DNA of 38,504 nucleotides. It comes from Bacteroidota bacterium. Its GTDB lineage: Bacteria > Bacteroidota > Bacteroidia > Bacteroidales > PWNQ01. Shown piece after piece: positions 1 through 8,611 of this stretch. The stretch lies in NCBI GenBank assembly GCA_051748065.1, contig JBNJGZ010000003.1, positions 1 to 38,504 of the forward strand. Reading direction: 5' to 3'. The translations under genes and the position numbers were made by a program. A model generated the notes under the pieces. The model saw nothing but the letters and a program-made list of their open reading frames with translations. It had not been told where the DNA came from and did no database searches. The first letter of the stretch is position 1. The number at the start of each line of letters is the position of its first letter.

Positions 1-1
1 C

Positions 2-550
2 GGATTGGATATGTATTTGGGTACTGAAGTGGAGTTTTATGACCGGGTAGGAGTGCCAAAGTACAAATCACGCTGGTTTGTGCCGGAGCGAATTGTTCCT
101 GATGTGTGTCAAAAAATTGTAAAAACCAATATTCAACCTCCGGAAGACCCGACATTACTTGATCTGATGGTTGAAAAAGGCAAGCTTTTGTATCTTATGG
201 AGGCATTGATGCCTGATAAAGAAACGAAATATATTATTCGATATACGGATAAACAATTAGAATGGATTAATGAATACGAAGTTTTTGTATGGGGCTTGAT
301 TGTTGATGAAGAGTTGCTGTTTTCCAAAGACAGGCCAAAGATCAAAAACTTTGTTGATGATGGCCCCTTTACCAGTACGATTTCAAAAGATGCTCCTCCG
401 CGAATTGCCGAATGGCTGGGATGGAAAATGATAAAGAAATATATGGATGAAAATCCGGATGTTACAATGCGCGACATTCTTCAGGAAAGGAATAGCCAAA
501 AGATACTGAAAAGATCCAATTATAAGCCTGCTCAAAAAGCACGCGATTGA
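2..550 (+). CDS. gldB: GldB-like gliding-motility lipoprotein, C-terminal ~182 aa (5' end lies outside the window)
   Basis: The frame is open from nt 2 (GGA), so the TTG at 5 and ATG at 11 are internal codons. The C-terminal pattern (LEWINEYEVFVW, DEELLFS, GPF, PPRIAEWLGWKMIKKYM, SNYKP near the end) matches my recollection of GldB-family C-termini. This rests on memory only. Confidence 0.5.
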   Translation, partial: GLDMYLGTEVEFYDRVGVPKYKSRWFVPERIVPDVCQKIVKTNIQPPEDPTLLDLMVEKGKLLYLMEALMPDKETKYIIRYTDKQLEWINEYEVFVWGLIVDEELLFSKDRPKIKNFVDDGPFTSTISKDAPPRIAEWLGWKMIKKYMDENPDVTMRDILQERNSQKILKRSNYKPAQKARD

Positions 551-1146
551 TAAAATGTATTGGTGTAATCCATAAAGTCCAGTATCTCTTCTAATCCATA
601 ACCTGTTGCAGCTGAAGTAAGAAACATAGGAGGAAGTTCCTGCCAGTTTTCAAGCATTACTTTCCGGAAGGATTCTACATTATTATTAATAATTCCCGGT
701 TTTAGTTTGTCTGTTTTTGTAAATACGATGGCAATTGGAATTTGATTGGCGCCACACCAGTCAAGAAATTTCAAGTCGATTGCCTGTGGTTCTTGCCGGC
801 TGTCGATTAAAACAAAAGTTGTCAATAAATTTGACCGGTGCTTCAAATAGCCATAAATCATTGTTTGCAATTGCTTGATCATCTTTTTCGAACGCTTGGC
901 GTATCCGAATCCGGGAAGGTCTGCCCAATACATCTTCTCGCCGTTTATAGCAAAATGATTAATTAGGATGGTTTTACCGGGTGTAGAAGAGGTTTTGGCC
1001 AGTTTTTTCTGATTGGCCAATTTGTTAATTAATGAGGATTTTCCCACATTCGACCTTCCTATGAAGGCATACTCCGGACGGTCAGCCTCGGGGCATTTTT
1101 GAATTCCGGGGCTGCTGATTACAAATTCGGCACTTTTAATATGCAT
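532..1146 (-). CDS. engB: Ribosome-biogenesis GTPase EngB/YsxC/YihA
   Basis: G1 P-loop GRSNVGKSSLINKL, G3 DLPGFGYA and G4 TKTDK are present. The 204-aa length is typical. The CAT start codon was checked at 1144-1146. Confidence 0.9.
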   Translation of the reverse strand: MHIKSAEFVISSPGIQKCPEADRPEYAFIGRSNVGKSSLINKLANQKKLAKTSSTPGKTILINHFAINGEKMYWADLPGFGYAKRSKKMIKQLQTMIYGYLKHRSNLLTTFVLIDSRQEPQAIDLKFLDWCGANQIPIAIVFTKTDKLKPGIINNNVESFRKVMLENWQELPPMFLTSAATGYGLEEILDFMDYTNTFYQSRAF

Positions 1147-1147
1147 T

Positions 1148-2086
1148 TTATCCTTTTTTTGTTCCCGTGTATTGAGATACGTGACGTTCTTTCTTTTGCT
1201 CGTATATGTCAGAAATCGTAATTAAAATCCCGGTTTCTTCAACACGGCCAAAGCCAGGATTAACCGAGGTGCCAAATGTTTTCATGGTTGATGATAAATT
1301 CATATAAGCATTGACCAGTGGTGGAATATTTTCTCCGTAATTACGGACATGTTTTACAAGAAGTTTATAGTCTTCCTTGAAATCTTTTCCGGTAAAGACC
1401 CGTTCGAGCTCATCTTGTGGAGTTACCAGTTCCACAGGGTTGTATGGTTTCATTAATCCTTCATTATCCGGGAAGTATTTTTCTAAAAAGTAGAGGATCA
1501 AATCACGGGCTGTAATATTAAATCTCGGATACATCGTTATTTTACCAAAGAAATAATATATTTCGGGATTGTCAACCAAAAGTGTACCTAAACCATCCCA
1601 TAGATTATCCAATGAGTAGATGCCTTTGCGTATATTGTATAGTGGTTGATAGTCAGGCTGTACAAAGGATCGGCCAAGTTCTATTACATGAGGTAAATAG
1701 TTGTCGATAAATGTATCACTAAATTTGAATAGCTTGGAAGTCGGGCTTAACAAGTTTCCGTTATCATCTTTTTCGAGTTTTGTGCCTTCTAAAAACCGAT
1801 ATCCACCTACAATTTCTTGTTCATCAGGGTCCCAAACAATTAGTTGTTTGAATGGTGTCTTTTTCACATCATAATTATCAAGATCACAGTCTTTGCCTGT
1901 TCCTCCCCCTGACTCGCGAAAACTCAGTTCCCGCAGACGACCGATCTCGCGCAGCGTATTCGGACTCGTATGGTAATCTAAAATATAAATTTCCCTGTTT
2001 CCGTTGTTGGTCTTACGAACGAAGGTATCTTCCGTGAGTTCCTTTTCTATGAGCTGCTTGTCGATGGGTTGGATGATTTCTTGCAT
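1148..2086 (-). CDS. glsB: OlsB/GlsB-like lipoamino-acid N-acyltransferase (GNAT/hemolysin-like family)
   Basis: The 312-aa soluble protein has the size and character of the OlsB-type N-acyltransferase family. It lies 12 nt downstream of a PlsC-type acyltransferase, which is the glsA/glsB arrangement described in Bacteroidales. The family assignment is from memory, not from a search. Confidence 0.55.
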   Translation of the reverse strand: MQEIIQPIDKQLIEKELTEDTFVRKTNNGNREIYILDYHTSPNTLREIGRLRELSFRESGGGTGKDCDLDNYDVKKTPFKQLIVWDPDEQEIVGGYRFLEGTKLEKDDNGNLLSPTSKLFKFSDTFIDNYLPHVIELGRSFVQPDYQPLYNIRKGIYSLDNLWDGLGTLLVDNPEIYYFFGKITMYPRFNITARDLILYFLEKYFPDNEGLMKPYNPVELVTPQDELERVFTGKDFKEDYKLLVKHVRNYGENIPPLVNAYMNLSSTMKTFGTSVNPGFGRVEETGILITISDIYEQKKERHVSQYTGTKKG

Positions 2087-2098
2087 AATGACTTGAAT

Positions 2099-2959
2099 TT
2101 ATATGTTGATGGGGAGTGGCTTATTATTACCCAGAGCGTAAACCTGCTCTCTAAGCTCAGCGGCCCATTCGATGTCTTTTTTCTTTTTCCTGTCAAAATA
2201 GTCAATAGGGATCGGTTTTCCAAAAGTTATTGGAACCGTATGGTTGGTTTGTTTAAACATTTCATTGGGCAAATAAAGCATTTCTATATTGGACTTGATC
2301 CCCAATGCCGTTCTGACGTTGGCCAAATTATAAAAAAAGTTGGAATTTCTTCCCCCGATATGACATGGTATAATATCCCGTTTATGTTCACGGGCTTTGG
2401 TAAGGAAGGTTTTTTTCCATGGCGGGTCTTTAATTATTCCCTTTTTCTTGCGGGAGACTAATCCTGCCGGAAAATACAGGATCAACTGATCGGAAGCAAA
2501 CGTATTATCAAATTGCCGGATATTTTCTGTGTTTTTGCCATGTTTATTTAAAGGAAAAAACAAGTCCTTTACATTGGGGACAAATAACAAAAGATCATTA
2601 ACCGGGAAAACGAAGTCTTTTCGTTTTTTTCCGATCGTGTGCATTAAAGCTATTCCATCCAAACCACCCAGCGGATGATTTGATGCTAACACGTAGCGGC
2701 CTGTCTCCGGCAGGTTTTCCCACCCGGTTACCGGGATATCCAGATCAAAATATTTGATAACTTCAGCAACGAAATCCAGTCCATATTTATGCCGGTGGGC
2801 GTATAAAAACTCATTGATCTCTTCCTGGTGAATGATTCGTTTAAGATAATTCAGAATGAAAGGCGGTAGATTTTTGGCCAGCTTTTCACTTTTTGAAGCA
2901 ATAACTTTGTCAAGATCAATGAAATGCCGCGTTGTTATTTGTTCTTTTGGTTTTTCCAT
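2099..2959 (-). CDS. glsA: PlsC-family (lysophospholipid/lyso-lipoamino-acid) O-acyltransferase
   Basis: It carries the acyltransferase histidine box SNHPLGGLDG and the FPAGLVSR block (an FPEGT-like motif). It is 286 aa and sits adjacent to the N-acyltransferase gene. Confidence 0.6.
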   Translation of the reverse strand: MEKPKEQITTRHFIDLDKVIASKSEKLAKNLPPFILNYLKRIIHQEEINEFLYAHRHKYGLDFVAEVIKYFDLDIPVTGWENLPETGRYVLASNHPLGGLDGIALMHTIGKKRKDFVFPVNDLLLFVPNVKDLFFPLNKHGKNTENIRQFDNTFASDQLILYFPAGLVSRKKKGIIKDPPWKKTFLTKAREHKRDIIPCHIGGRNSNFFYNLANVRTALGIKSNIEMLYLPNEMFKQTNHTVPITFGKPIPIDYFDRKKKKDIEWAAELREQVYALGNNKPLPINI

Positions 2960-2986
2960 CCCTTGTTTTCTGATTTATCCTGACTG

Positions 2987-2994
2987 CAAATTTA
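2987..2994 (-). promoter_or_regulatory. Bacteroidota -7 box TAAATTTG for the acyltransferase-engB operon
   Basis: The reverse complement of CAAATTTA is TAAATTTG, an exact match to the TAnnTTTG consensus. It lies 28 nt upstream of the ATG at 2959. A second copy sits at 3050-3057. Confidence 0.5.
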
Positions 2995-3049
2995 CATAAT
3001 ATCAAAACAGAAATGAAATATTCTGCTATGATACGTAGCAAAATTGCGA

Positions 3050-3057
3050 CAAATTTA
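3050..3057 (-). promoter_or_regulatory. Second TAAATTTG -7-like box (part of a duplicated ~24-nt segment)
   Basis: The same octamer occurs inside a direct repeat of 2985-3008. Confidence 0.3.
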
Positions 3058-3194
3058 CATACATATTAAAACAATAACAATTTGTTATGATTTTTTTAAA
3101 GTTGAATTATAAACAGGAAAAATTTCTAAAACTCCCTGTATTTGGCTCTATTAGCTAAGTCTGTGGTTTTGAAGTGTAAAAAGTTATCAACAAT

Positions 3195-3219
3195 GTGGTA
3201 AAAAGTGGTAGAATGTGGG
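3195..3219 (+). promoter_or_regulatory. MraZ-box-like triple direct repeat GTGGT-N5-GTGGT-N5-GTGGG
   Basis: GTGGT occurs at 3195 and 3205 and GTGGG at 3215, spaced exactly 10 bp apart, 43-67 nt upstream of the mraZ ATG. E. coli MraZ is known to bind three GTGGG repeats with 5-nt spacers. A further TGTGGT lies at 3162-3167. Confidence 0.6.
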
Positions 3220-3261
3220 ATAAATTGTATTATATTTACATCGACAAAACAGAAAAAATCC

Positions 3262-3738
3262 ATGGGAAACCTCATTGGCGAATATTATTGTAAGTTAGAC
3301 TCTAAAGGAAGAATAATGATTCCTTCAGGGCTAAAAAAGCAATTGCCACCGGAAGCAAATGAGCAATTTGTTGTTAACCGGGGGTTTGAAAAGTGTATTG
3401 CCTTATATCCAAAAAATGAGTGGGATACAATCGTCGGTGAAATTAGCAAGTTGAACAAGTTCAATAAAAAGAACAGGGAGTTTCAGCGATATTTCTATCG
3501 TGGAGCGACACCTTTATCTATGGATGGAAACGGGAGGATTTTGATCCCCAAAGGGCTTAAGAATTATGCCGGTGTAGGGCATGAAGTTGTTTTGTTTGCT
3601 TATGGTGATCATGTAGAGATTTGGGATAAAGCAACTTATGAAAACCTCCTGACAGATGAGCCGGAAGATTTTGCAAATCTGGCTGAAGAAGTAATGGGAG
3701 ATAAGCAGGAAAAACAGAATGACAATGAATTATCATAA
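3262..3738 (+). CDS. mraZ: Transcriptional regulator MraZ
   Basis: It has the two SpoVT/AbrB-like halves DSKGRIMIP and DGNGRILIP and is the first gene of the dcw cluster. I chose the ATG at 3262 (MGNLIGEYYCKLD). The ORF-track start at 3205 is a GTG inside the GTGG repeat array. Confidence 0.9.
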   Translation: MGNLIGEYYCKLDSKGRIMIPSGLKKQLPPEANEQFVVNRGFEKCIALYPKNEWDTIVGEISKLNKFNKKNREFQRYFYRGATPLSMDGNGRILIPKGLKNYAGVGHEVVLFAYGDHVEIWDKATYENLLTDEPEDFANLAEEVMGDKQEKQNDNELS

Positions 3739-4639
3739 TCCTGTATTGTTGGATGAGAGCGTGGAAGGGTTGAATCTACAACCCGGAAAAACCTATGTGG
3801 ATGTCACTTATGGTGGTGGCGGGCATGCTCAAAAAATTCTTGAAAAACTGGAAGGTGGTAAATTGATAGCCTTTGATCAGGATGAAGATGCCAGGGGAAA
3901 CCAGATTGACGATGAGCGCCTGATTTTTGTTAAGGGAAACTTTAGGTATCTGAAAAACTACCTGAAGTATTACCAGACATTCCCATGTGATGGGATCTTA
4001 GCAGACCTTGGGATTTCATCTCATCAGATAGATGATCCTGCTCGAGGCTTTTCAACACGATATGACGGGCCTTTGGATTTTAGGATGAATACGGATCAAC
4101 AGTTTACAGGAGAGGATTTGGTGAATGATTATAGCCCTGGCGATTTGATGTTTGTGCTGAAGAATTATGGAGAGATTAAAAACGCAAAGGCATTGGCAAA
4201 AGGCATTGTAAAAGCAAGAGAAGAGGAGCGGTTAAGTTCGATTGAGCAATTTAAAAAACTGGTGGAAAAATATGCTCCCAGGCATAGTGAGCATAAATAT
4301 CTTGCAAAAGTGTTTCAGGCTGTTCGAATTGAAGTGAATCAGGAAATGCAGGCTTTGAAACAGATGTTGATGGATGTTCCGGATGCTTTGAAACCAGGTG
4401 GAAGACTGGTTGTGATTTCTTATCATTCCCTGGAAGACAGGCTGGTGAAGAATTTGATAAGAGCCGGAAACTTAGAAGGTACATTGGATAAGGATTTTTA
4501 TGGAAATGTTAAAAAACCCTTTGAGGCAATCAACAGAAAGCCAATTGTACCTGCGGAAGAGGAAATAGCAAGAAATCCAAGAGCAAGAAGTGCAAAACTC
4601 AGAATAGCACAAAAGGTTGACAATGATAAAGAAGAATAA
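3719..4639 (+). CDS. rsmH: 16S rRNA (cytosine1402-N4)-methyltransferase RsmH
   Basis: Motifs HNPVLLDE, DVTYGGGGH, DLGISSHQID, SYHSLEDR and NPRARSAKLR are present. It overlaps the mraZ 3' end by 20 nt. Confidence 0.93.
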   Translation: MTMNYHNPVLLDESVEGLNLQPGKTYVDVTYGGGGHAQKILEKLEGGKLIAFDQDEDARGNQIDDERLIFVKGNFRYLKNYLKYYQTFPCDGILADLGISSHQIDDPARGFSTRYDGPLDFRMNTDQQFTGEDLVNDYSPGDLMFVLKNYGEIKNAKALAKGIVKAREEERLSSIEQFKKLVEKYAPRHSEHKYLAKVFQAVRIEVNQEMQALKQMLMDVPDALKPGGRLVVISYHSLEDRLVKNLIRAGNLEGTLDKDFYGNVKKPFEAINRKPIVPAEEEIARNPRARSAKLRIAQKVDNDKEE

Positions 4640-5042
4640 AAAAAACAAGAGCAAAGAAGGCAATCGCGTAAAGCATCGTCAGGAGGCGTCTGAAGGCAAG
4701 AAAAGACGTAGTACTCTGGTAGGGCGTTACGTGCAGGCTGTCTTAGACGGGTCAGTGCTGGATAACGGAAAAAAAATAGTTTCGTTGCCTTATGTGTTGT
4801 TTCTCATGTTTTTAGCTTTACTGTATATCGCAAATAATTACTATGCGCAGCAAAAAATCCGGGAAATGAATAACCTGGAAAAAGATATTAAAGAATTACG
4901 ATTTGAATATCGTACGATCAATTCAAACCTAATGTTTGAAAGTAAGCAGTCTGAAGTGGCGCGAAAACTTAAAGGAACAGGAATTAAAGAAAGTACGGAG
5001 CCACCTAAAAAGATATTTGCGAACCCTAAGAATGACCAATAA
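4623..5042 (+). CDS. ftsL: FtsL-like cell-division protein
   Basis: It occupies the position between rsmH and ftsI. It has a basic N-terminus, a single TM helix (IVSLPYVLFLMFLALLYIANNYYA) and then a coiled-coil-like segment. The first ATG is at 4623; the track start at 4617 is TTG. Confidence 0.65.
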   Translation: MIKKNKKNKSKEGNRVKHRQEASEGKKRRSTLVGRYVQAVLDGSVLDNGKKIVSLPYVLFLMFLALLYIANNYYAQQKIREMNNLEKDIKELRFEYRTINSNLMFESKQSEVARKLKGTGIKESTEPPKKIFANPKNDQ

Positions 5043-7141
5043 TGGAAGAAAACCGTAAACAAATATTATTTCGTGTTTACATTTTGTATTTCCTCATGCT
5101 GATGGCAGGACTTGCAGTTATTGGTAAAATCATTTATTTGCAGGTTGTCGAGGGAGATGAACTGCGGGCTCAGGCCAGGGAAGTCACTGTTAAATACCAG
5201 AACATAGAGGCTGTGCGCGGGTCTATTCATGATGAAAATGGACGTTTGTTGGCTACTTCAGTACCGGTATTTGATGTGCGGATGGATGTGGCCTCTCCAT
5301 TAATATCGGATCAGTTATTTCAGTCCAAAGTAGATTCACTTGCCCGTGGACTGGCTAACCTGTTTAAAGATAAACATTATCGTACGTACCGTTCTGATCT
5401 GATTTCTAGCCGAAAATCCGGAAATCGCTATATGCTTATCAAAAGGAACGTAACTTATGATGAGTTGAAAGTTATCCGGGATTTACCAATTTTTCGCAAA
5501 GGGAAATATGAAGGAGGATTGATTGTCATTGAGAAAAACAAAAGGGTGAAACCTTTCCGTGGATTAGCTGCGAGAACAATTGGTTATTCCCGAGATGATT
5601 ATAAAGTAGGTTTGGAAGGAGCTTATAATCATGTGCTAAAAGGGGATAGTGGTAAGCAGCTTATGCAGCGGGTGGCTGAGAATGTCTGGATACCCGTTGA
5701 TCAAAGGAATTTAGTAGAACCTAAAAATGGGAATGATATTGTTACTACCCTGGAGGTAAATATTCAGGATGTTGCTGAAAACGCACTAAAGGAAAATCTT
5801 AAATTGCATCAGGCACATCATGGCTCTGCCATACTGATGGAGGTTTCCACCGGAGAAATCAAAGCTATTGCTAACCTGAAAAGAGATACTGCAACTGGGG
5901 AGTACTATGAGTCATATAATTATGCTATCGGAGAAAATACAGAACCTGGCTCTACTTTTAAGATAGCTTCACTTATGGTTGGTCTTGAAGACGGTATGTT
6001 TGGTCTGAAAGATTCGGTAGATACCGAAGGTGGAAAAACAGAATTTTATGATCAAGTAATGGAAGATTCTGAAGAAGGAGGTTATGGAATGATCACCGTG
6101 GAAGAGGCTTTGGAATTATCTTCTAATGTGGGCGTTTCAAAGTTGATCCATCAAGCGTATGCTTCCAATCCCGAAAAATTTATATCGGGCATTAAAAATT
6201 TGGGATTAGCTTCTCGCACCGGAATAGAACTTCAAGGGGAAGCCAGCCCATTAGTTAAAAACCCCAAAAATTCGTCCTGGTCTAAAGTCACATTGCCGTG
6301 GATGTCAATAGGATACGAGGTTGAGCTTACGCCATTGCAAATTCTCACTTTTTATAATGCCATTGCCAATAATGGCCGGATGATGAAACCGATGCTTGTT
6401 CAAGAGATACGATCTGCAGGGAAAACAACAAAGAAATTTAATCCTGTTGTATTGAATAGTTCAATTGCTTCAAATGAAACAATCCGCAAGGCGCAAAAAA
6501 TGCTGCAGGGCGTAGTAGAAGAAGGAACGGCGAAAAATCTTTTCAGTACGGTTTATGAAATTGCCGGAAAAACGGGAACAGCGCAGATAGCAAGCGGAAG
6601 TGAAGGCTATGATTTTACAGGCCATAAAGCGTCTTTTGTAGGCTACTTTCCTGCTGATAATCCGCGATATACTTGCGCTGTAGTGGTCAATAAACCTTCC
6701 AGAGGATTATATTACGGAGGTTCTGTTGCGGCTCCGGTTTTTAAAGAGATTGCAGATAAAGTGTATGCCACACAATTGGACATGCAGGAATCCAAAATCG
6801 ACTCCAGCGGATCAATAAATATGGATTTTATTGCAGGATATAAAACGGACTTCAGTGTGATTTCAGAACACCTGAAGTTTCCGGCGCGTTTTAAAGACCC
6901 GGCTTCAGAGTTTGTCAACCCTCAGGTTACTTCAGGATCAGTGAAAATGAAATCTGTTAAGATAAAATCAGGATACGTTCCAGATGTCAGGGGAATGGGT
7001 GCTCGTGACGCAGTGTATTTATTGAAAAGGGCAGGCCTGGATGTAAAAATGGAAGGCCTTGGAAAAGTTGTTAAACAATCTGTCAGGCCTGGCACACGGG
7101 TTCTCAATGGTAGAAAAATCAAGATCACGCTAAAGGTATGA
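5042..7141 (+). CDS. ftsI: Penicillin-binding protein 3 / FtsI transpeptidase with a C-terminal PASTA-like domain
   Basis: It has an N-terminal TM helix and the SxxK (GSTFKIAS), SSN and KTGTA motifs. The last ~60 aa (VPDVRGMGARDAVYLLKRAGLDVKMEGLGKVVKQSVRPGTRV) look like a PASTA domain. Its stop overlaps the murE start (ATGA). Confidence 0.9.
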   Translation: MEENRKQILFRVYILYFLMLMAGLAVIGKIIYLQVVEGDELRAQAREVTVKYQNIEAVRGSIHDENGRLLATSVPVFDVRMDVASPLISDQLFQSKVDSLARGLANLFKDKHYRTYRSDLISSRKSGNRYMLIKRNVTYDELKVIRDLPIFRKGKYEGGLIVIEKNKRVKPFRGLAARTIGYSRDDYKVGLEGAYNHVLKGDSGKQLMQRVAENVWIPVDQRNLVEPKNGNDIVTTLEVNIQDVAENALKENLKLHQAHHGSAILMEVSTGEIKAIANLKRDTATGEYYESYNYAIGENTEPGSTFKIASLMVGLEDGMFGLKDSVDTEGGKTEFYDQVMEDSEEGGYGMITVEEALELSSNVGVSKLIHQAYASNPEKFISGIKNLGLASRTGIELQGEASPLVKNPKNSSWSKVTLPWMSIGYEVELTPLQILTFYNAIANNGRMMKPMLVQEIRSAGKTTKKFNPVVLNSSIASNETIRKAQKMLQGVVEEGTAKNLFSTVYEIAGKTGTAQIASGSEGYDFTGHKASFVGYFPADNPRYTCAVVVNKPSRGLYYGGSVAAPVFKEIADKVYATQLDMQESKIDSSGSINMDFIAGYKTDFSVISEHLKFPARFKDPASEFVNPQVTSGSVKMKSVKIKSGYVPDVRGMGARDAVYLLKRAGLDVKMEGLGKVVKQSVRPGTRVLNGRKIKITLKV

Positions 7142-8598
7142 CAAAATTATTAAGCGACATATTATCCAAAGTGCCTGTAGTTGATCAGCAGGGTAGTATC
7201 GAAAAAGATATCAATAAGATCGAATTCGATTCCCGCAAGGTGAGCCGGGGTGATTTGTTTGTAGCTGTTCCGGGAACTAATGTGGATGGCCATAAGTTTA
7301 TCGATAAAGCTATTGCCGCAGGAGCTGTTGCAGTTGTTTGCGAACAAAAACCCACTAATAGGCCGCAGGATATCAGTGTGATTCAGGTGGAGGACAGCAG
7401 CCGGGCGCTGGCAGTAATTGCTTCCGCCTGGTATGATGATCCTTCTGAAGAGATAGAGCTAACAGGGATTACAGGAACCAATGGAAAGACTACTATAGCT
7501 ACATTGCTTTACAAACTATTCAGAAGTTTGGGATATAGAGCCGGATTGCTATCAACAATACGCATTTATAATAATGATAAAACAATCGACGCAACCCATA
7601 CAACTCCCGATGCCTTAACGATAAATGCTTACCTGAGAGAAATGGTTGATGCCGGGTGTGAGTACGTGTTTATGGAGGTGAGTTCACACGCAATTCAGCA
7701 AAACAGGGTTTACGGATTAAATTTTGATATTGCTGTATTTTCCAATATCACACATGATCATCTGGATTATCATGAGACCTTTGAGAATTACATCACAGCC
7801 AAAAAGAAGTTTTTTGATGAATTGCCATATACTGCGGCAGCACTGGTAAACAGTGATGATCGCAATGCTTCAATGATGTTGCAGAACACTAAAGCCGATA
7901 CATTTTCTTATGCATTGAAGAAACCTGCTGATTATAAAGCAAAAGTAATAGAAAATAGTTTTGAGGGTCTCCATCTGGAGATTAATCACAAATCATTGTG
8001 GGCCCGTCTTGTTGGTGATTTTAATGCATATAATTTATTAGCCGTATATGGAGTAGCCAGTCTCCTGGATGTGGAAGAAGAAATTATACTGAAACATTTG
8101 AGCTCTCTGACACCCGCTGAAGGAAGGTTTGAAGTGCTTAAGGCTAAGGATGGCAGAACGGCCATTATCGACTATGCCCATACTCCTGATGCTTTGGAAA
8201 ATGTGGTGACAACCATAAAAAATGTAATCAAAAGGGAACAACAGCTGATTATAGTCATTGGAACCGGTGGCGACAGGGATAAAACCAAAAGACCGGTAAT
8301 GGCCAAAACGGCTATGAAGTATGCTGATAAGATTATCCTTACTTCCGATAATCCCAGAACAGAAGACCCTGTGCAGATTATTCAGGATATGAAAGATGGA
8401 ATCCCTCCGGAAGAGGTGAACAGGATACTGGAGATAGCGGACAGGAAGCAGGCGATTCACACCGCTTGCATGATTGCGAACAACCCTGATATAGTCCTGG
8501 TTGCCGGAAAAGGCCATGAAACATATCAGGAGATAGATGGTGTAAGACACCATTTTGATGATAAAGAAATTGTACAATCAATATTTAATAATTCATAA
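7138..8598 (+). CDS. murE: UDP-N-acetylmuramoyl-L-alanyl-D-glutamate--2,6-diaminopimelate ligase
   Basis: It has the GITGTNGKTT P-loop and a DNPR motif (SDNPRTEDP), which is typical of meso-DAP-adding MurE. Its position in the dcw cluster fits. Confidence 0.93.
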   Translation: MTKLLSDILSKVPVVDQQGSIEKDINKIEFDSRKVSRGDLFVAVPGTNVDGHKFIDKAIAAGAVAVVCEQKPTNRPQDISVIQVEDSSRALAVIASAWYDDPSEEIELTGITGTNGKTTIATLLYKLFRSLGYRAGLLSTIRIYNNDKTIDATHTTPDALTINAYLREMVDAGCEYVFMEVSSHAIQQNRVYGLNFDIAVFSNITHDHLDYHETFENYITAKKKFFDELPYTAAALVNSDDRNASMMLQNTKADTFSYALKKPADYKAKVIENSFEGLHLEINHKSLWARLVGDFNAYNLLAVYGVASLLDVEEEIILKHLSSLTPAEGRFEVLKAKDGRTAIIDYAHTPDALENVVTTIKNVIKREQQLIIVIGTGGDRDKTKRPVMAKTAMKYADKIILTSDNPRTEDPVQIIQDMKDGIPPEEVNRILEIADRKQAIHTACMIANNPDIVLVAGKGHETYQEIDGVRHHFDDKEIVQSIFNNS

Positions 8599-8611
8599 AA
8601 TTCAAGTGTAG

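Noticed and set aside
3205-3261. A 19-codon N-terminal extension of mraZ offered by the ORF track (MVECGINCIIFTSTKQKKS).
   Set aside because: It starts at a GTG that is itself part of the GTGGT repeat array, and it covers the -7-like box. MraZ proteins normally start close to the first DxxGR repeat, so I used the ATG at 3262.
8038-8577. A 179-aa ORF antisense to murE.
   Set aside because: It lies entirely inside a strongly supported murE CDS and has no recognisable motifs. It is a typical shadow ORF. The same reasoning applies to 2069-2461, 17154-17533, 20946-21362, 31364-31720, 32495-32974 and 36884-37267.
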